From positions 47,411,305 to 47,450,809 of the forward strand of contig NC_057728.1 in NCBI RefSeq assembly GCF_004010195.1: a DNA stretch of 39,505 nucleotides. Direction: 5' to 3'. The DNA comes from Chiloscyllium plagiosum. Taxonomy: Eukaryota. Shown piece by piece: positions 12,291 through 23,315 of the stretch; position 1 is the stretch's first letter; each line of letters opens with the position of its first letter. The position numbers and the translations under genes are program-made. The notes beneath the pieces were generated by a model that saw only the letters and a program-made list of their open reading frames with translations, had not been told where the DNA came from and made no database searches.

Positions 12291-12627
12291 CTACTTTCCA
12301 AGTACTGTGATTAAGATTTAGATCTGATGGTATAGACAACCCTTCCATAGGAAAGTGGAATATTTGTTCCATATTGTTCTAATGGAAGAGACTTCTGCCC
12401 TTTTTTATAACAGGTTATGCATTCCACATTCCTTAATTACAGCTTCAGATTCAGTATTTTTATCCCTTGTTAATTAACATATTCTGCCAGTTGTTTGGAG
12501 AAGGCAGAGTACAAATCAAATTCAAAACGAAAATGCGAAACTAACAAAAAGTCCATGAGTAAATGTGATTCTGTAATTCAGCAGAACTTGCTGAACAGTC
12601 CTGAGTACACTAATGGCAATAATAACA

Positions 12628-12800
12628 GGAGAAAGTAAGGACTGCAGATGCTGGAGATCAGACAGCATCCAAGGAGCAGGAGAATCGACGTTTCAGGCAT
12701 AAGCCCTTCTTCAGGAATGAGGAGAGTCACGAAACGTCGATTCTCCTGCTCCTTGGATACTGCCTGACCTGCTGCGCTTTTCCAGCAACACATTTTCAGC
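12628..12800 (-). mobile_element. Miniature fold-back Penelope-pLTR element (family A) with hammerhead core on - strand
   Basis: Exact 14-bp TSD tggcaataataaca (12614-12627, 12801-12814), inverted arms, minus-strand ctgaagaagggcttatgcctgaaacgtc. Confidence 0.85.
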
Positions 12801-12900
12801 TGGCAATAATAACAACCAATTTAAGATAACCAGTTGAGCTCATAACATTTCATCACTGTAGCAATTGGAACCATGACCAGACAGATTCCAGCGAATGCTC

Positions 12901-13249
12901 CATAGAATCCCTCGTGTGGAAACAGGCCATTCGGCCCAACTAGTCCACACCAACCCTCTGCAGAGCACATCAACCAGCCCCAGCCCCATCCTCCTACCCT
13001 ATCTCTGTAACCCTGCATTTCCCATGGCTAACACACTTAACTTACACATTCCTAAACACAATGGGTAATTTAGCATGGCCCAATCCATCTAACTTGCACA
13101 TTGTTGAACTGTGGGAGGAAACCAGAGCACCCAGCAGAAATGGGGAAAACGTACAAACTCCACACTGGCAGTTGCCCGAGAATGAAATTGAATCCAGATC
13201 CCTGATGCTGTGAGGCAACAATGCTAACCACTGAGCTTTTGTGCTGCCC
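12901..13249 (-). mobile_element. HE1-type SINE (variant 3' half)
   Basis: Minus-strand head gctcagtggttagc and B box gattcaattt, V-domain-like core, CR1-like tail. Confidence 0.85.
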
Positions 13250-13255
13250 AGGCAT

Positions 13256-13586
13256 TAAATATGTGATTCTTTATTTGGGTAGTTAAACTGGGCCAATCAA
13301 GGAGCCCTAGCTGACAGATATAAACAGGAGATTCAGAAGGCCTCCTCAGACTAGGACTAGCTTTGAACTAGGCAAAAGTGAGGACTGCAAATGCTGGAGA
13401 TCAGAGTCTAGATTAGAGTGGTGCTGGAAAAGCACAGCCGGTCAGGCAGCATCCGAGGAGCAGGAAAATTGACGTTTCGGGCAAAAGCCCTTCATCGTGA
13501 GCTGGCTGGTCACAACCACAGTGAACATGTTTAAAAAAAAAAGGGTGACTTGGTGACAGGATACCAGCCTTTGTGCAGTTACATCA
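13256..13586 (+). mobile_element. Probable solo LTR, interrupted by a family-A element
   Basis: CCAAT (gggccaatc), TATA-like gatataaa, A-run then gggtgacttggtgacaggataccagcc...ttacatca terminus. Confidence 0.55.
13371..13497 (-). mobile_element. Single-arm Penelope-pLTR element (family A), 5'-truncated in the hammerhead core
   Basis: Minus strand gatgaagggcttttgcccgaaacgtc...gatctccagcatttgcagtcctcacttt. Weak TSD tgaactag/tgagctgg. Confidence 0.8.
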
Positions 13587-13962
13587 GACACTGCTCTGCA
13601 AACAAAAGTAACATGATCAAGGCTTGTGTCATTTTCAAATATCCCAGAAACATGGGGAACCTATGAACCTATGGGAATACCTTTGCGGTATTCTCCCTGG
13701 CATTCCCTCAATAACAGTCAGCTTGCCAGTGAGTTAGCACCATTTTTCTTCTATAGGATAAATCGTTAATGGTTAAAATTTGGCATTCTTGCATCTGCCC
13801 TGATGAGGACAAGACGAAAAGTTTCAGCAACATGTCTTCCTATTCAGCAATATTTCGTTCCTTTATAAATAGAGTTATTGCAAAGTAATTCTGACATTTT
13901 TAAAGGTGAACTGAAAATCAAAATCACATTCATCTGTACAATATGCATGAAATGATTCTAAC

Positions 13963-14060
13963 CTCCCAGAGTCTAAGAGTATCTTGAAAGTTGAACTCTC
14001 TTTTGAACCGTATTAGAAGCCACCTGAAGCAGAAGTAGAGATATCCAGATTCTTGAGATT
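13963..14060 (-). CDS. TBC1D15: TBC1D15 coding exon: (E)SQESGYLYFCFRWLLIRFKREFNFQDTLRLWE
   Basis: Acceptor cctag|AA, donor GAG|gttaga, 98 nt. Contains YLYFCFRWLLIRFKREF. Confidence 0.96.
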
Positions 14061-14309
14061 CTAGGAAAACAACTTATCTTGTTAAAAATTCTCTTTTCCA
14101 GTTGAGCAGGGATATCTAAAGTGATCTGCAGCATAGTTATTTTGTTCATGTTTATATTCAATTATCAAAGCTTAGATTTCTGAACTGACTTGAAGGAAAA
14201 AAGTTGTTTTTACTTAACAGTAATAACATTCAGAGGTGATACAAGGCATTTTACAGTTTTTAAAGTACTTTAAAAATGTAGGCTGTATGGTTATGTAAAG
14301 AAATGTGAA

Positions 14310-14510
14310 GAAACAACTAACACTTGCCCAACACCACCTATCAACAGAAAAAGGTAAATGATTAGTTTGTTTGTTTTGGGTGGTTGAGTGACATTAATGA
14401 AGGAATTGGAAGAACTCCACTGCTCCTCTTTAAAACAGTGCTGTAGACCTTTTGCATTCACTTCAAGTAGTTGGGGCTTCAAATTAACATTGCTTTCACA
14501 GAGCAGATGT
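14310..14510 (-). mobile_element. Old Deu-domain SINE (SacSINE1/AmnSINE1-like) remnant
   Basis: gaactccactgctcctctttaaaacagtgctgtagaccttttgcattcac resembles the recalled reverse Deu-domain consensus gaactcccctgctcttcttcaaaatagtgccatgggatcttttacatccac. Confidence 0.55.
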
Positions 14511-15041
14511 GAAAATAAAGCATACTGTGAACAATTAGAAACTGAACATCTTAAACTCATTTCTAAATGGGACTCAACCAGAATAATACCATACACGCTT
14601 CTTACAGCTATTGAAATTAATAACAAATAAAAATATTGGTCCATAAAATTTATTAATTGCAAAACCTGACTGAATATCTGTTTTAAGATTCTTCAATTAC
14701 TACTTCTGTATTTTATTTAAATGTAGTTCTCTATTCAAAATGTTATTTTTATCCTGCAAAACAAAAAAAAATCAGCTCCTTAGAAGATTGCTGACTTCCC
14801 ATTGCAATTGTCCTTTGCTGAACAGAATGGAGATAATTGTGGAATTGGTGTTTAGCAGAATGGAAATACAACACCCAACTATTTGCACATTGGTTTATAG
14901 GAGTCTCAATGCTACTGCATTCAATCGGCAGGCAACAATTATTAATAGTGGCCATAATCATAAAAATGATCAACCGACAGGAAAATGAATATAGAGCAAA
15001 ATCTAGCTTTTCGGATGGACACTTAAAAAAAATAAACTTAC

Positions 15042-15141
15042 CAAGATAATTCCAGAACCCCAAGTCTAGCAATTTTAATAATGTACTCAGCTGGGATAAT
15101 TCTGTTTTCATGCCTTGCATTTGCTCCTCAAAGTTGCAATG
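15042..15141 (-). CDS. TBC1D15: TBC1D15 coding exon: HCNFEEQMQGMKTELSQLSTLLKLLDLGFWNYL
   Basis: Acceptor tgtag|CAT, donor G|gtaagt, 100 nt. Contains NFEEQMQGMKT. Confidence 0.96.
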
Positions 15142-16389
15142 CTACAATAAAAATAAAGATATTAAACATAAATATTATATTAGAATTTTACAAACAGTAA
15201 AAATACTAATAATTTTGACACCTTTCATTTATGAAAAAAAGTTGCACCTAACTTGCAAACTAGCTAATCCATGTCAAAAATCCACCAACTAATATCATTG
15301 ATCTATTTTCCTTTTCCTGATCAGCATTAGACAATTGAAGGTTCTGAATTCCCATATTCACTTCCAAACTCTTCTGAGTTGTGGGAGATAAATACAGCAA
15401 AATAAAAACATTAAATGCAAGATGAGAAATAGACCAGGAAAGGGAAGGTAGAAGGAAATATACCAAAAAATGGCAACAGATGAAAAAAATAAATCAGGAA
15501 AGGAAGGTAGATATAGAAGAATTATGGCAAATAAAAAAATACAATGAATAAATAGGGAAAAATAAGATATCAGCTGCAAATAAGCCAAGGAAGGTACGTA
15601 GGCAAGTGGATGGATTTGAAAGATCAAAGTCCAAATTGAACTGCCTCATAAAAAGATAGTATTTCAAGCACTTGAAAAATATTTTTGGTTATATCAGGCA
15701 TAAATTCACTTTTTTAATCTGACGTTAAATTTATACGTTCATGAAACATGCAACTAATGACCATTTTTAAAATTAGACATTTGATTATTCAACAGCATGC
15801 AGTTTTACCTGCAGTTACATGAAGAGAGTTACCATTAACACTTGAATGTGGCTAGACAACCCAAGTATTAAGACAGTGCTATCCATTGATAATCTCTCAC
15901 CTGCTATAAATTATGAATAATGGCATGAGGACACATTTGTTTTCAAAGTTGGCTAGTTTACATTCCTAGCTTTATGATTAGTTGAAGAAAGAAAACAGTA
16001 ACTTCTACATTACTGTTAACAATAAACCATCCTAAATTCAAATGACTTTTGAATTTTGGGTGCCCTCACACCAATAACTTGTCTTAGGGTTACAACTGTA
16101 CTTAAAAAATGACCATTACATCACTTAAAATTATGAAACTACAAGATCATATTGGCAATAAGAGACAGCATCTGGCAATTAGATGGTATAAATGCAGTGT
16201 CTATTTAAATCTAAAAGGAACGTACCCATTGTAAGTAAGTGTGCTGTAGAGAAGCTCAGTTCCTTTGCCTTGTGATCTAAATTCTGAACTCAGTACTCTG
16301 TGGATGTGTAACTTTTTAAAAAGTTTGGGAGATCCATTTAAGGTGGTTGCAAAACTTAGAATTCAATTCTAGCTAATTTTAATTCTTAC

Positions 16390-16490
16390 CATTTGTTCTA
16401 TGAAAGCAACAAAGCACCAAAAGGCATCCACTTCATTTTCCATAACATACAATATGGGAGAAAGCAAATCACTCATTCCTTGAATGTACC
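16390..16490 (-). CDS. TBC1D15: TBC1D15 coding exon with glutamine finger: (G)YIQGMSDLLSPILYVMENEVDAFWCFVAFIEQM
   Basis: Acceptor tttag|GG, donor ATG|gtaaga, 101 nt. YxQGM motif. Confidence 0.97.
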
Positions 16491-16794
16491 CTAAAAATTA
16501 AACATTTTATAGTTAATCAGTAATAAAGCCACATATTTGGCAAGCAATTTCAATACATATTAAACTCAAATGAAATCAGTAACTTAATAGCAAATGTTTA
16601 TTTGCATGCTGTCCCTATCTATATAGGCATACATTTGCAATGTTTTTATTAAAGCTTAAATTAATGCTACAAAAATACATTTGATAGAAAATATTGTCAT
16701 AACTTATCAGTAAAGTTAAAGCTAGAGATTTACAAAATAATAAATGTTTGCATAAGTAAAACTGAACGTAGTTTTCACAGATCATAATACTTAC

Positions 16795-16911
16795 CAAGAT
16801 CAAAATCATACATGCAGTAGGTCATTAATATATCATGCAATAAAATCAATCCAGGATTTTCATGCCCTTCATAAAAAGGATTTGTTCTATCTGTTCTGTT
16901 GACGTCTTTCT
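16795..16911 (-). CDS. TBC1D15: TBC1D15 coding exon with arginine finger: (E)KDVNRTDRTNPFYEGHENPGLILLHDILMTYCMYDFDL
   Basis: Acceptor ttttag|AG, donor G|gtaagt, 117 nt. The IxxDxxR catalytic motif (IEKDVNR) spans the junction. Confidence 0.97.
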
Positions 16912-17327
16912 CTAAAAGAAATATTTGTTTCCAAACAAATTAAAATATTCAAACAACTTTCTGAAATCAAAGCATTTGTTCTTTTCAAAGATGACATTTA
17001 TGTATTTGAACTAAGTTTTAACCAGTATCTTCATGCATGGTTTTCTTTTACTGCTCTTGGTTTTTAATGGATTAATTCTTCCCCCTCCCAAGATGAAACA
17101 CATTAATTCCACAATGAAATACCATGGCCTTTAAAGTATCAAGGCACTGCACCAAAAGCCCTTATCAGAATGAAGAATTTATATACTGACATTTCAGTGA
17201 CGATCAAATAAAACAACATCAAAGAACATAAATAGTAAGCAAAACAATTTCAAAATATCTGCAGTTTAATAAATGATCAATTGTCTTAACAGTTAAAATA
17301 CTGACTCATTTAAAGAAAGACTGATTT

Positions 17328-17910
17328 AAGAACACAAGAACAAAGAGTAGGAGTAGGTATTTCAGCCCTTTGAGACTTCTCTGGCATTCAATATGATCAT
17401 AGCTGATCTCATCTCTGCTTCGATTCCACTTTCCTGCTCGCTCCTTACAATCCTTTAACTCATTACCAATTGAAAATCTGCATATCTCCTCCTTACATTT
17501 ATTCAGTGTTCCACTGAACCCTGAAGTATTGAATTCTACAGATTCACGACACTTTGAGAGAAGTAGTTCCTCTTCAACTCCCTTTTAAGTCTGCCACCCC
17601 TTAGCCTAAAAACATGACATCTTGTTATAAATTGCCCGACAAGGTGAAACGTCCATTCTACACCAACTTTTTCAATCCCTTTTAGCATCTTGTATATCTC
17701 AGTTGGATCTCCTCACATCCTTCTAAGTTTTAGCAAGTATAGGCCTAAACTTCTGAATCACTCCTCATAAGAAAAAAAACCTTTCTTGGTTGGAATTAAT
17801 CCAGAAAACCTTCTTTGAACTGCCTCCTATCTAATTACATCCTTCCTCAAGTGAGGGTACCAAAATTGTATACAGTACTCCAGATGAAATCTCACTATTA
17901 CCTTGTAATT
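17328..17910 (-). mobile_element. Old CR1 LINE 3' fragment
   Basis: Minus-strand IVRFHLEYCIQFWYPHLRKDV. Terminal aagaacacaagaac repeats and ggagtagg..ttcagccc motif. Confidence 0.8.
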
Positions 17911-19334
17911 TGTGAGCAATTTAGCTGCTTGACACTGTAACTCAGGTATTAACATGAAAACTTTGAGGTGCACATGATGATAAAAGTAGCAGTGTAATTT
18001 GAGATTTAAGCTAATAGTCCAGCTTCTAAGTTTACCACAAGATTTGGGACAGCATATTTTCACTAATGAGGAGCATTACTTCCGCATATTGCAAAACTAC
18101 ATCTTATAAATTGCCAAGGTGTCCTAAGATTTAGAAATATTCCTTTGTGATTGTTTAATATTATGACAGAACAGCTATCCACTCTCTCAAGAAGTTAGAT
18201 ATGAATGTAAACATGGGCAACTAAGATTACATGAGAGCACTGTGGTCAGTGCAATGTTAGGTTGGTAATGTGACACAAGATGAACCTGTTGCATACATGT
18301 TATGGCTACTGGTGTGAGACAAGAACCCATTATAATTATTGCAGTCTTTGAAAAATCCATAATTTACATTTAAAAAGGAGTCAGCAGTTGCCATCAAAAG
18401 GTTAAAGCAAATTTAGCCTTTTCTGCTCTTCATGAAAAACCAAAATGGTTAAATGAAAATCTAGGACTACAAAATGAATAAGAACATGATTAATTCTGGA
18501 CCTAACAGTTAACCGCTTTACTGCTTTCTACCACTAACCCATACCTTAAAACATGTCTCGCTCTGACAAACCAACAAATAATAGCTTGAAAGGCTTCACA
18601 AAAAAATGCCTTAAGTAGAAAAAATGTCAAGAATGGCTAAAAGCATAAAACAATTCTTTAAAAGTGAAATGTTTTCCAGCTGGTTACAATTACAATATTT
18701 TTCTGCATAATAATTTCTCCATGGGCAACTAAGAAAATAAGAATATGTCTCTTGAATTTAGTATTGCTGGGTGTAGCAGGATTTGGAAAAATTGCACAAA
18801 GAAAACAACAGCCAAGTCAAAGACATTATACAGCCTCGACCAAACAATAGTTCTCTGAATACCCTTAAATGTTTGAGCCCATGTAAATCATAAGCAAATT
18901 ACCATGCCAAGAAGCTGAATGTTTACAACTGATTTTTTTTAACTAAAATTCGAAAGATGTAGTTAGATAGCACAATAATCACCGAACAAATTAAACACTT
19001 TAAGAATAAACAACCAGCAAAAAGAACGTTTTTGTGACGACGTTGACCGAGTATAGAATTCAGTGAGAAAACATGCATTCAATTCTTATGATAAAAGACT
19101 ACAAGATCAATTCAACAATGATTAAAGATACAGTATGAAGGGAGCCAAATCTTTAGGTTTAGTAGACTCGATGTGATGTTTACAAGTCAGCTCAGAAAGA
19201 AGGGGTAAAGATTGGAGAGTGCTACACAATTGATATGCACAGATTCAATAAGGTAATGATAAATACTATAAATAAACAATGAGAGATTGGTAATGTCATA
19301 CAAGCTTTACATAATTTGTTAATCAACTGGTAAT

Positions 19335-19600
19335 GGCCTGGGTTAGAATCCAATCTCAGATGATGAGAAGGTTGAGAACCGATGAATATTTTCCCTCTTT
19401 CATGGTTGGCTAGTTCTGAACTGAAACAGTTTTGGACGTCTTAGTTCAGTCCCTTCTGGACAAAGTTGATCAGAACAAAACTACTCAGAGTTCCGCATCT
19501 AGATTTAACAATCTTACTCAGAGGCCAATTGGATGGCAGGAAACGAATATGTAGTGTCTTTGAGTGACAGAGACAGAATATCTTTCCAGGGCTGAGATGA
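19335..19600 (+). mobile_element. Probable LF-SINE-like ancient SINE relic
   Basis: B-box-like ggttagaatcc, then tgaaacagttttggacgtcttagttcagtcccttctggaca, cagaggccaa and cagggctgag, collinear with the recalled LF-SINE consensus. Confidence 0.55.
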
Positions 19601-19825
19601 AAATGTAGTGTTGGAGAAAAGCACAGAAGTGTTAATTTCTCATCTAGTTTAGTCTATGCGCTCCATGCATATTTTATACAGGCAAAGAGTACCAGAAGTA
19701 ATTAAAAAATTCAATTATTCTTATTTTAGACAAAATGAAATTTTGTATTCACAAACCAAGTAGCATTTCAGTTTGAATATATGCTTTTACTTCCCTCAAA
19801 ATTTAAGAAAGTTAAGCTTGTTTAC

Positions 19826-19920
19826 CTATAAGACTCTTGTAATCTTTCAATCTTGTATTTCTTTTTTCTTGTTCTTCACTGACTGACTTCCACTGAAGCT
19901 TCATCCTGAAGTACTCATCT
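19826..19920 (-). CDS. TBC1D15: TBC1D15 coding exon: DEYFRMKLQWKSVSEEQEKRNTRLKDYKSLI
   Basis: Acceptor gtatag|A, donor G|gtaaa, 95 nt. Contains DEYFRMKLQWKS. Confidence 0.96.
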
Positions 19921-20317
19921 CTATACAAGTGAAATATGAGCAAAGTCTAAAACTAATTGATTACTGCCTTAGCTACTGCAACCAGATGTAGTGTTTATTT
20001 AACATCACAAAAATATAAATACTAAACTCATTAAGCTGGTAAATGCTTTATTAAAAAAGTAATTTTAAACATTGCATAAAATCAACTACAACAGGGATAA
20101 CATACAAATTTTCACTAATTCCTACAGATATGCCAAACTCTGGGTATTAGGATTGAATTCATTTCCCTGCTCATCACATCAAAACAAAGAAGTGTACTGG
20201 ATATAAACAGAAATTTTTTTGTACAGTTCTCGGAAGAGACCAGTAGAGGTCTAGAAAAGATACACTTAGCAACTGGTTTCTCAAATCTATGATATTTGTA
20301 GAACAAAAAGAACTCAC

Positions 20318-20421
20318 GTTTTTCTTTTGATTAACAATCTTCTATCTTCTTTTGAACTATCCCACGGGAAGTAATTTAAAAGAAATTTCCAAGTCAATTT
20401 TCTTACTGCATGACAAAGACC
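20318..20421 (-). CDS. TBC1D15: TBC1D15 coding exon, start of TBC domain: GLCHAVRKLTWKFLLNYFPWDSSKEDRRLLIKRK(T)
   Basis: Acceptor ctcag|GGT, donor AC|gtgagt, 104 nt. TBC motif RxxxWxxLL. Confidence 0.95.
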
Positions 20422-21342
20422 CTGAGAAAGGAAAATATTCAATACTTGAATAAAATTCTGCAGTTGTAAAAAAAAATTAATCTTTGGGACAACCTAACTT
20501 TAGTATTCCTTTCTATTAGATTTGTAGTTCAGCACAAAATAATCAAGGCTAAATTTTACACATATACATACCCCTTTTCCTATTCACCATGTGTCTTTTA
20601 GGTTTCCTAAAACATTTTAAAACTGGTTTGCAGTGAAGATTTCTATTTAGAACCTTCCCCAAAAGTCAAACTCTTCACCATTTGATTATTTGTTTTCTAA
20701 ACATGTACTTCTATGCATTAGCATCTGCTAGCATCCTTCCATTTACATGTGATAATAGACACACGGCAAATCCACTGGCAATTGACTAATTCTACCAGGT
20801 GCATTTTGCAATGGTTGCTGAAGTGACTAAACTGAGAGATACAGGTTCTATCACAAGTGCTGCACAAAAGGTTATAAGATGTCATTGAGAGACATGGTTG
20901 TTGGCACAGGAGCCTGCTGTCAGATTGTTATTGAAGTGAATTGCCATGGTGGCACACAATAGCCCATAGATAATGTTGCCTTTTCCTTCTGTTGTTGACT
21001 AATGTTTCCCATGTGTGGAAAATAATGTTTAGGGTTTTATTTCATAACTTCAAGAATTGTTACAGAGCTTTTTGCATCCTGTTGAGTTTTTAGTTCTGCC
21101 TTTCTCCCCATATCCTTAAGAATCCATCAATCTTCATCCTGTAAACATGCTCATGCCAGTGAAGTTGCCTCTGCTAAGGAGTGCTCGCATACTTGGAAGA
21201 TTTGACTCTGACAGGACTGGTACATTTGTGATTTTCTTTTTCCTGGAAAAGCTGCAAATCACTGCAGACATGAATAACAATTGTCCCTTCCCTTCCTAAA
21301 AGCTGTGAGTTGTCCATGCTGAGCAAGCATACAAGGTGATAA

Positions 21343-21565
21343 CAGCTGAAAATGTGTTGCTGGAAAAGCGCAGCAGGTCAGGCAGCATCCAGGGAACAGG
21401 AGAATCGACGTTTCGGGCATAAGCCCTTCTTCAGGAATTCCTGAAGAAGGGCTTATGCCCGAAACGTCGATTCTCTTGTTCCCTGGATGCTGCCTGACCT
21501 GCTGCGCTTTTCCAGCAACACATTTTCAGCTCTGATCTCCAGCATCTGCAGACCTCACTTTCTCC
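21343..21565 (+). mobile_element. Young miniature palindromic Penelope-pLTR element (family A) with two opposed hammerhead cores
   Basis: 94-bp arms (21344-21437 / 21438-21531) with one mismatch and no loop, 34-nt tail, exact 13-bp TSD tacaaggtgataa (21330-21342, 21566-21578). Confidence 0.92.
21434..21475 (+). ncRNA. Putative minimal type I hammerhead ribozyme (mirror copy on - strand at about 21400-21441)
   Basis: CUGAAGA (21441-47), A, helix II GGGC-uuau-GCCC, GAAA, palindromic ACGU helix III, GUC cleavage triplet (21466-68). Helix I is weak and bulged. Confidence 0.6.
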
Positions 21566-21759
21566 TACAAGGTGATAAGAACATGGGTCTCCATCAAGCA
21601 ACCAGTGGGTCTCGAATCCTTTTGTTGTTTTGAGGCAGCCATATTTAGTAGCTGCTGTTTGTGTGTGAGTGCTCGAAGCCAAGAAACAGATTTTCTGCCA
21701 CCATCGACCTAAGATGGTAGAAGTTGCTAACCCCTTCCAGTGGTGTGTTGTTCACGCAA

Positions 21760-22970
21760 TAATAGTAGGCCATTCAGCTTGTTGAGCCTGCCCCACTATT
21801 CATACAATCATGGCTAATTAAACAATTCAATGTCTCTTACCCAAACTTTCCTCATAACCCTGTAAGCCACTCGCAGAAATCAATCTCCACTTTAAACATA
21901 ACTAAAGACTGGATATTTCTCAGCTCTCAATGGTCCTCTCAGTAAGCAAATCTTTCATCTCAGACCAAAGAGACATCAGCCTTATTTTAAACTGTGCCTC
22001 CAGTTCCACACTCCACAACCAGAGAGTATCTTACCTGCATCTACCCTGTCTATCCCTTTAAGTATTCAGTAATTTTCAATGAGATCACCTCTCGTTCATC
22101 AAAACTCTAGAGAATACAAGCCCAGTTTGCCCAATCTCTTTTCACAGGAATGCCCTCCCAGGAATACATCTGGTGAATCTCTATTGCATCGTCTCTCTAT
22201 GGAAATAATATTTATAATAATAAAACCTCAGATAAGGAGACCAAAATGGCATGTAGTACTCCAGGTGTGGTCAAACCAAGCTCCTATCTAATGAAGAAAG
22301 GCTCTCATACTCAAATCCACCTGCAATAAAGGCTAACATTCCATGGACCGTCCTGATTGCTTGCTACCCCACAGAATAACCTGCACTGACTTTCTGACAG
22401 GACACAGAGGTCTCTTTGTACATTTACAATTTTCCACCTCTTACCATCTAAAAAATACTCTGCTCATCTGTTTCTACCAAGGGGACACCCTCACACTTTT
22501 CCACATTATATTCCATCTCCCACATTCTTGCCCATGCATTTATCCAAATTCTTCTAAAGCCACTTAACATCTTCTTCACAACATACATTCCCACTTAGCT
22601 TTACATCATCCCAAAATTTAGATGGTAATTGATCCCCATCTCCAAATCGTTGATATATATGCGAATAGCCTGGCTCCAAATATTCATCAGTGCAATAGCC
22701 CATTAGTCACAGAGCCAACACAGGAATGACCCATTTATTCTTACTCTGTTTACTGGCAGTTAGCCATTCATCAATTATTGTCTGTCCTATCCATCATGTT
22801 TTAATTTTTCTGACCAGCGCCCTGTTGGGAACTTTATCAAAGGTCTTCTAAAAATTGAAGTATACTACACCCAACCACTTTCCATTATCAATTTTGCTAG
22901 TAATATCTTCAATGAAAAAAACTCCAATAAATTCATCAAGCACAATTTTCTATTTGCAAGTCTATGCTGA
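21760..22970 (-). mobile_element. Old CR1 LINE fragment (RT to 3' end)
   Basis: taggccattcagc terminal motif; reverse of LxRPHLEY (ccaggtgtggtcaaacc), KFADD-like (ttagctttacatcatc) and DFxKxFDKV (actttatcaaaggtcttctaaaaatt). Confidence 0.75.
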
Positions 22971-23040
22971 CTATAATGAAAGCAAAGTACGACAGAAATA
23001 AAAACACAACGTGAAAACTATTTTAAAAGAATGCATTTAC

Positions 23041-23169
23041 CCCCCTGAATATCAATTTTTTCACATTTTCTGGGTCTAGGACTTTTCCTTCTGCATCCAT
23101 GCATTGTGACCACCTCTCAATAGAAACTGGTTCTCCTCTTTGAATTTCAGGTCTTATGCCAAGATCAAT
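23041..23169 (-). CDS. TBC1D15: TBC1D15 coding exon: IDLGIRPEIQRGEPVSIERWSQCMDAEGKVLDPENVKKLIFRG
   Basis: Acceptor tttcag|ATT, donor GGG|gtaaat, 129 nt. Matches IDLGERPVVQRREPVS...MIFRG. Confidence 0.95.
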
Positions 23170-23190
23170 CTGAAATAAATGAAATTAAAA

Positions 23191-23315
23191 ATCATTTGAG
23201 TGGGAGCAGAGGCCGAGTTGAGGTGAACCCGGGAGACTACAGCTAAGGTAAGAGTTTTTTCAAAATTACTTACCTGTAGCGGGCATCGGTGTTTTGTTTT
23301 CTCTCTCCTTCACAG
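23191..23315 (+). mobile_element. 125-bp insertion homologous to the CR1 5'UTR at 38770-38830, flanked by a 24-bp direct repeat
   Basis: aatctgaaataaatgaaattaaaa at 23167-23190 and 23316-23339. aaaattacttacctgtagcgggcatcggtgt...ctctctcc..cacag is shared with 38775-38831. Confidence 0.85.

Larger units (their letters stand above)
20900..21740 (-). mobile_element. Decayed RTE-clade LINE, interrupted by the palindromic element
   Basis: Minus-strand fragments LYACSAWTTH, ITNVPVLSESNLPSMRALL and RQLHWHEHVYRM (RTE: RQLRWxGHVxRM). Confidence 0.7.

Noticed and set aside
21343..21565. MITE or miRNA-precursor interpretation of the palindrome
   Set aside because: The asymmetric 34-nt tail, 13-14 bp TSDs, hammerhead core and homology to a PLE 3' end (1076-1830) fit Penelope derivation better.
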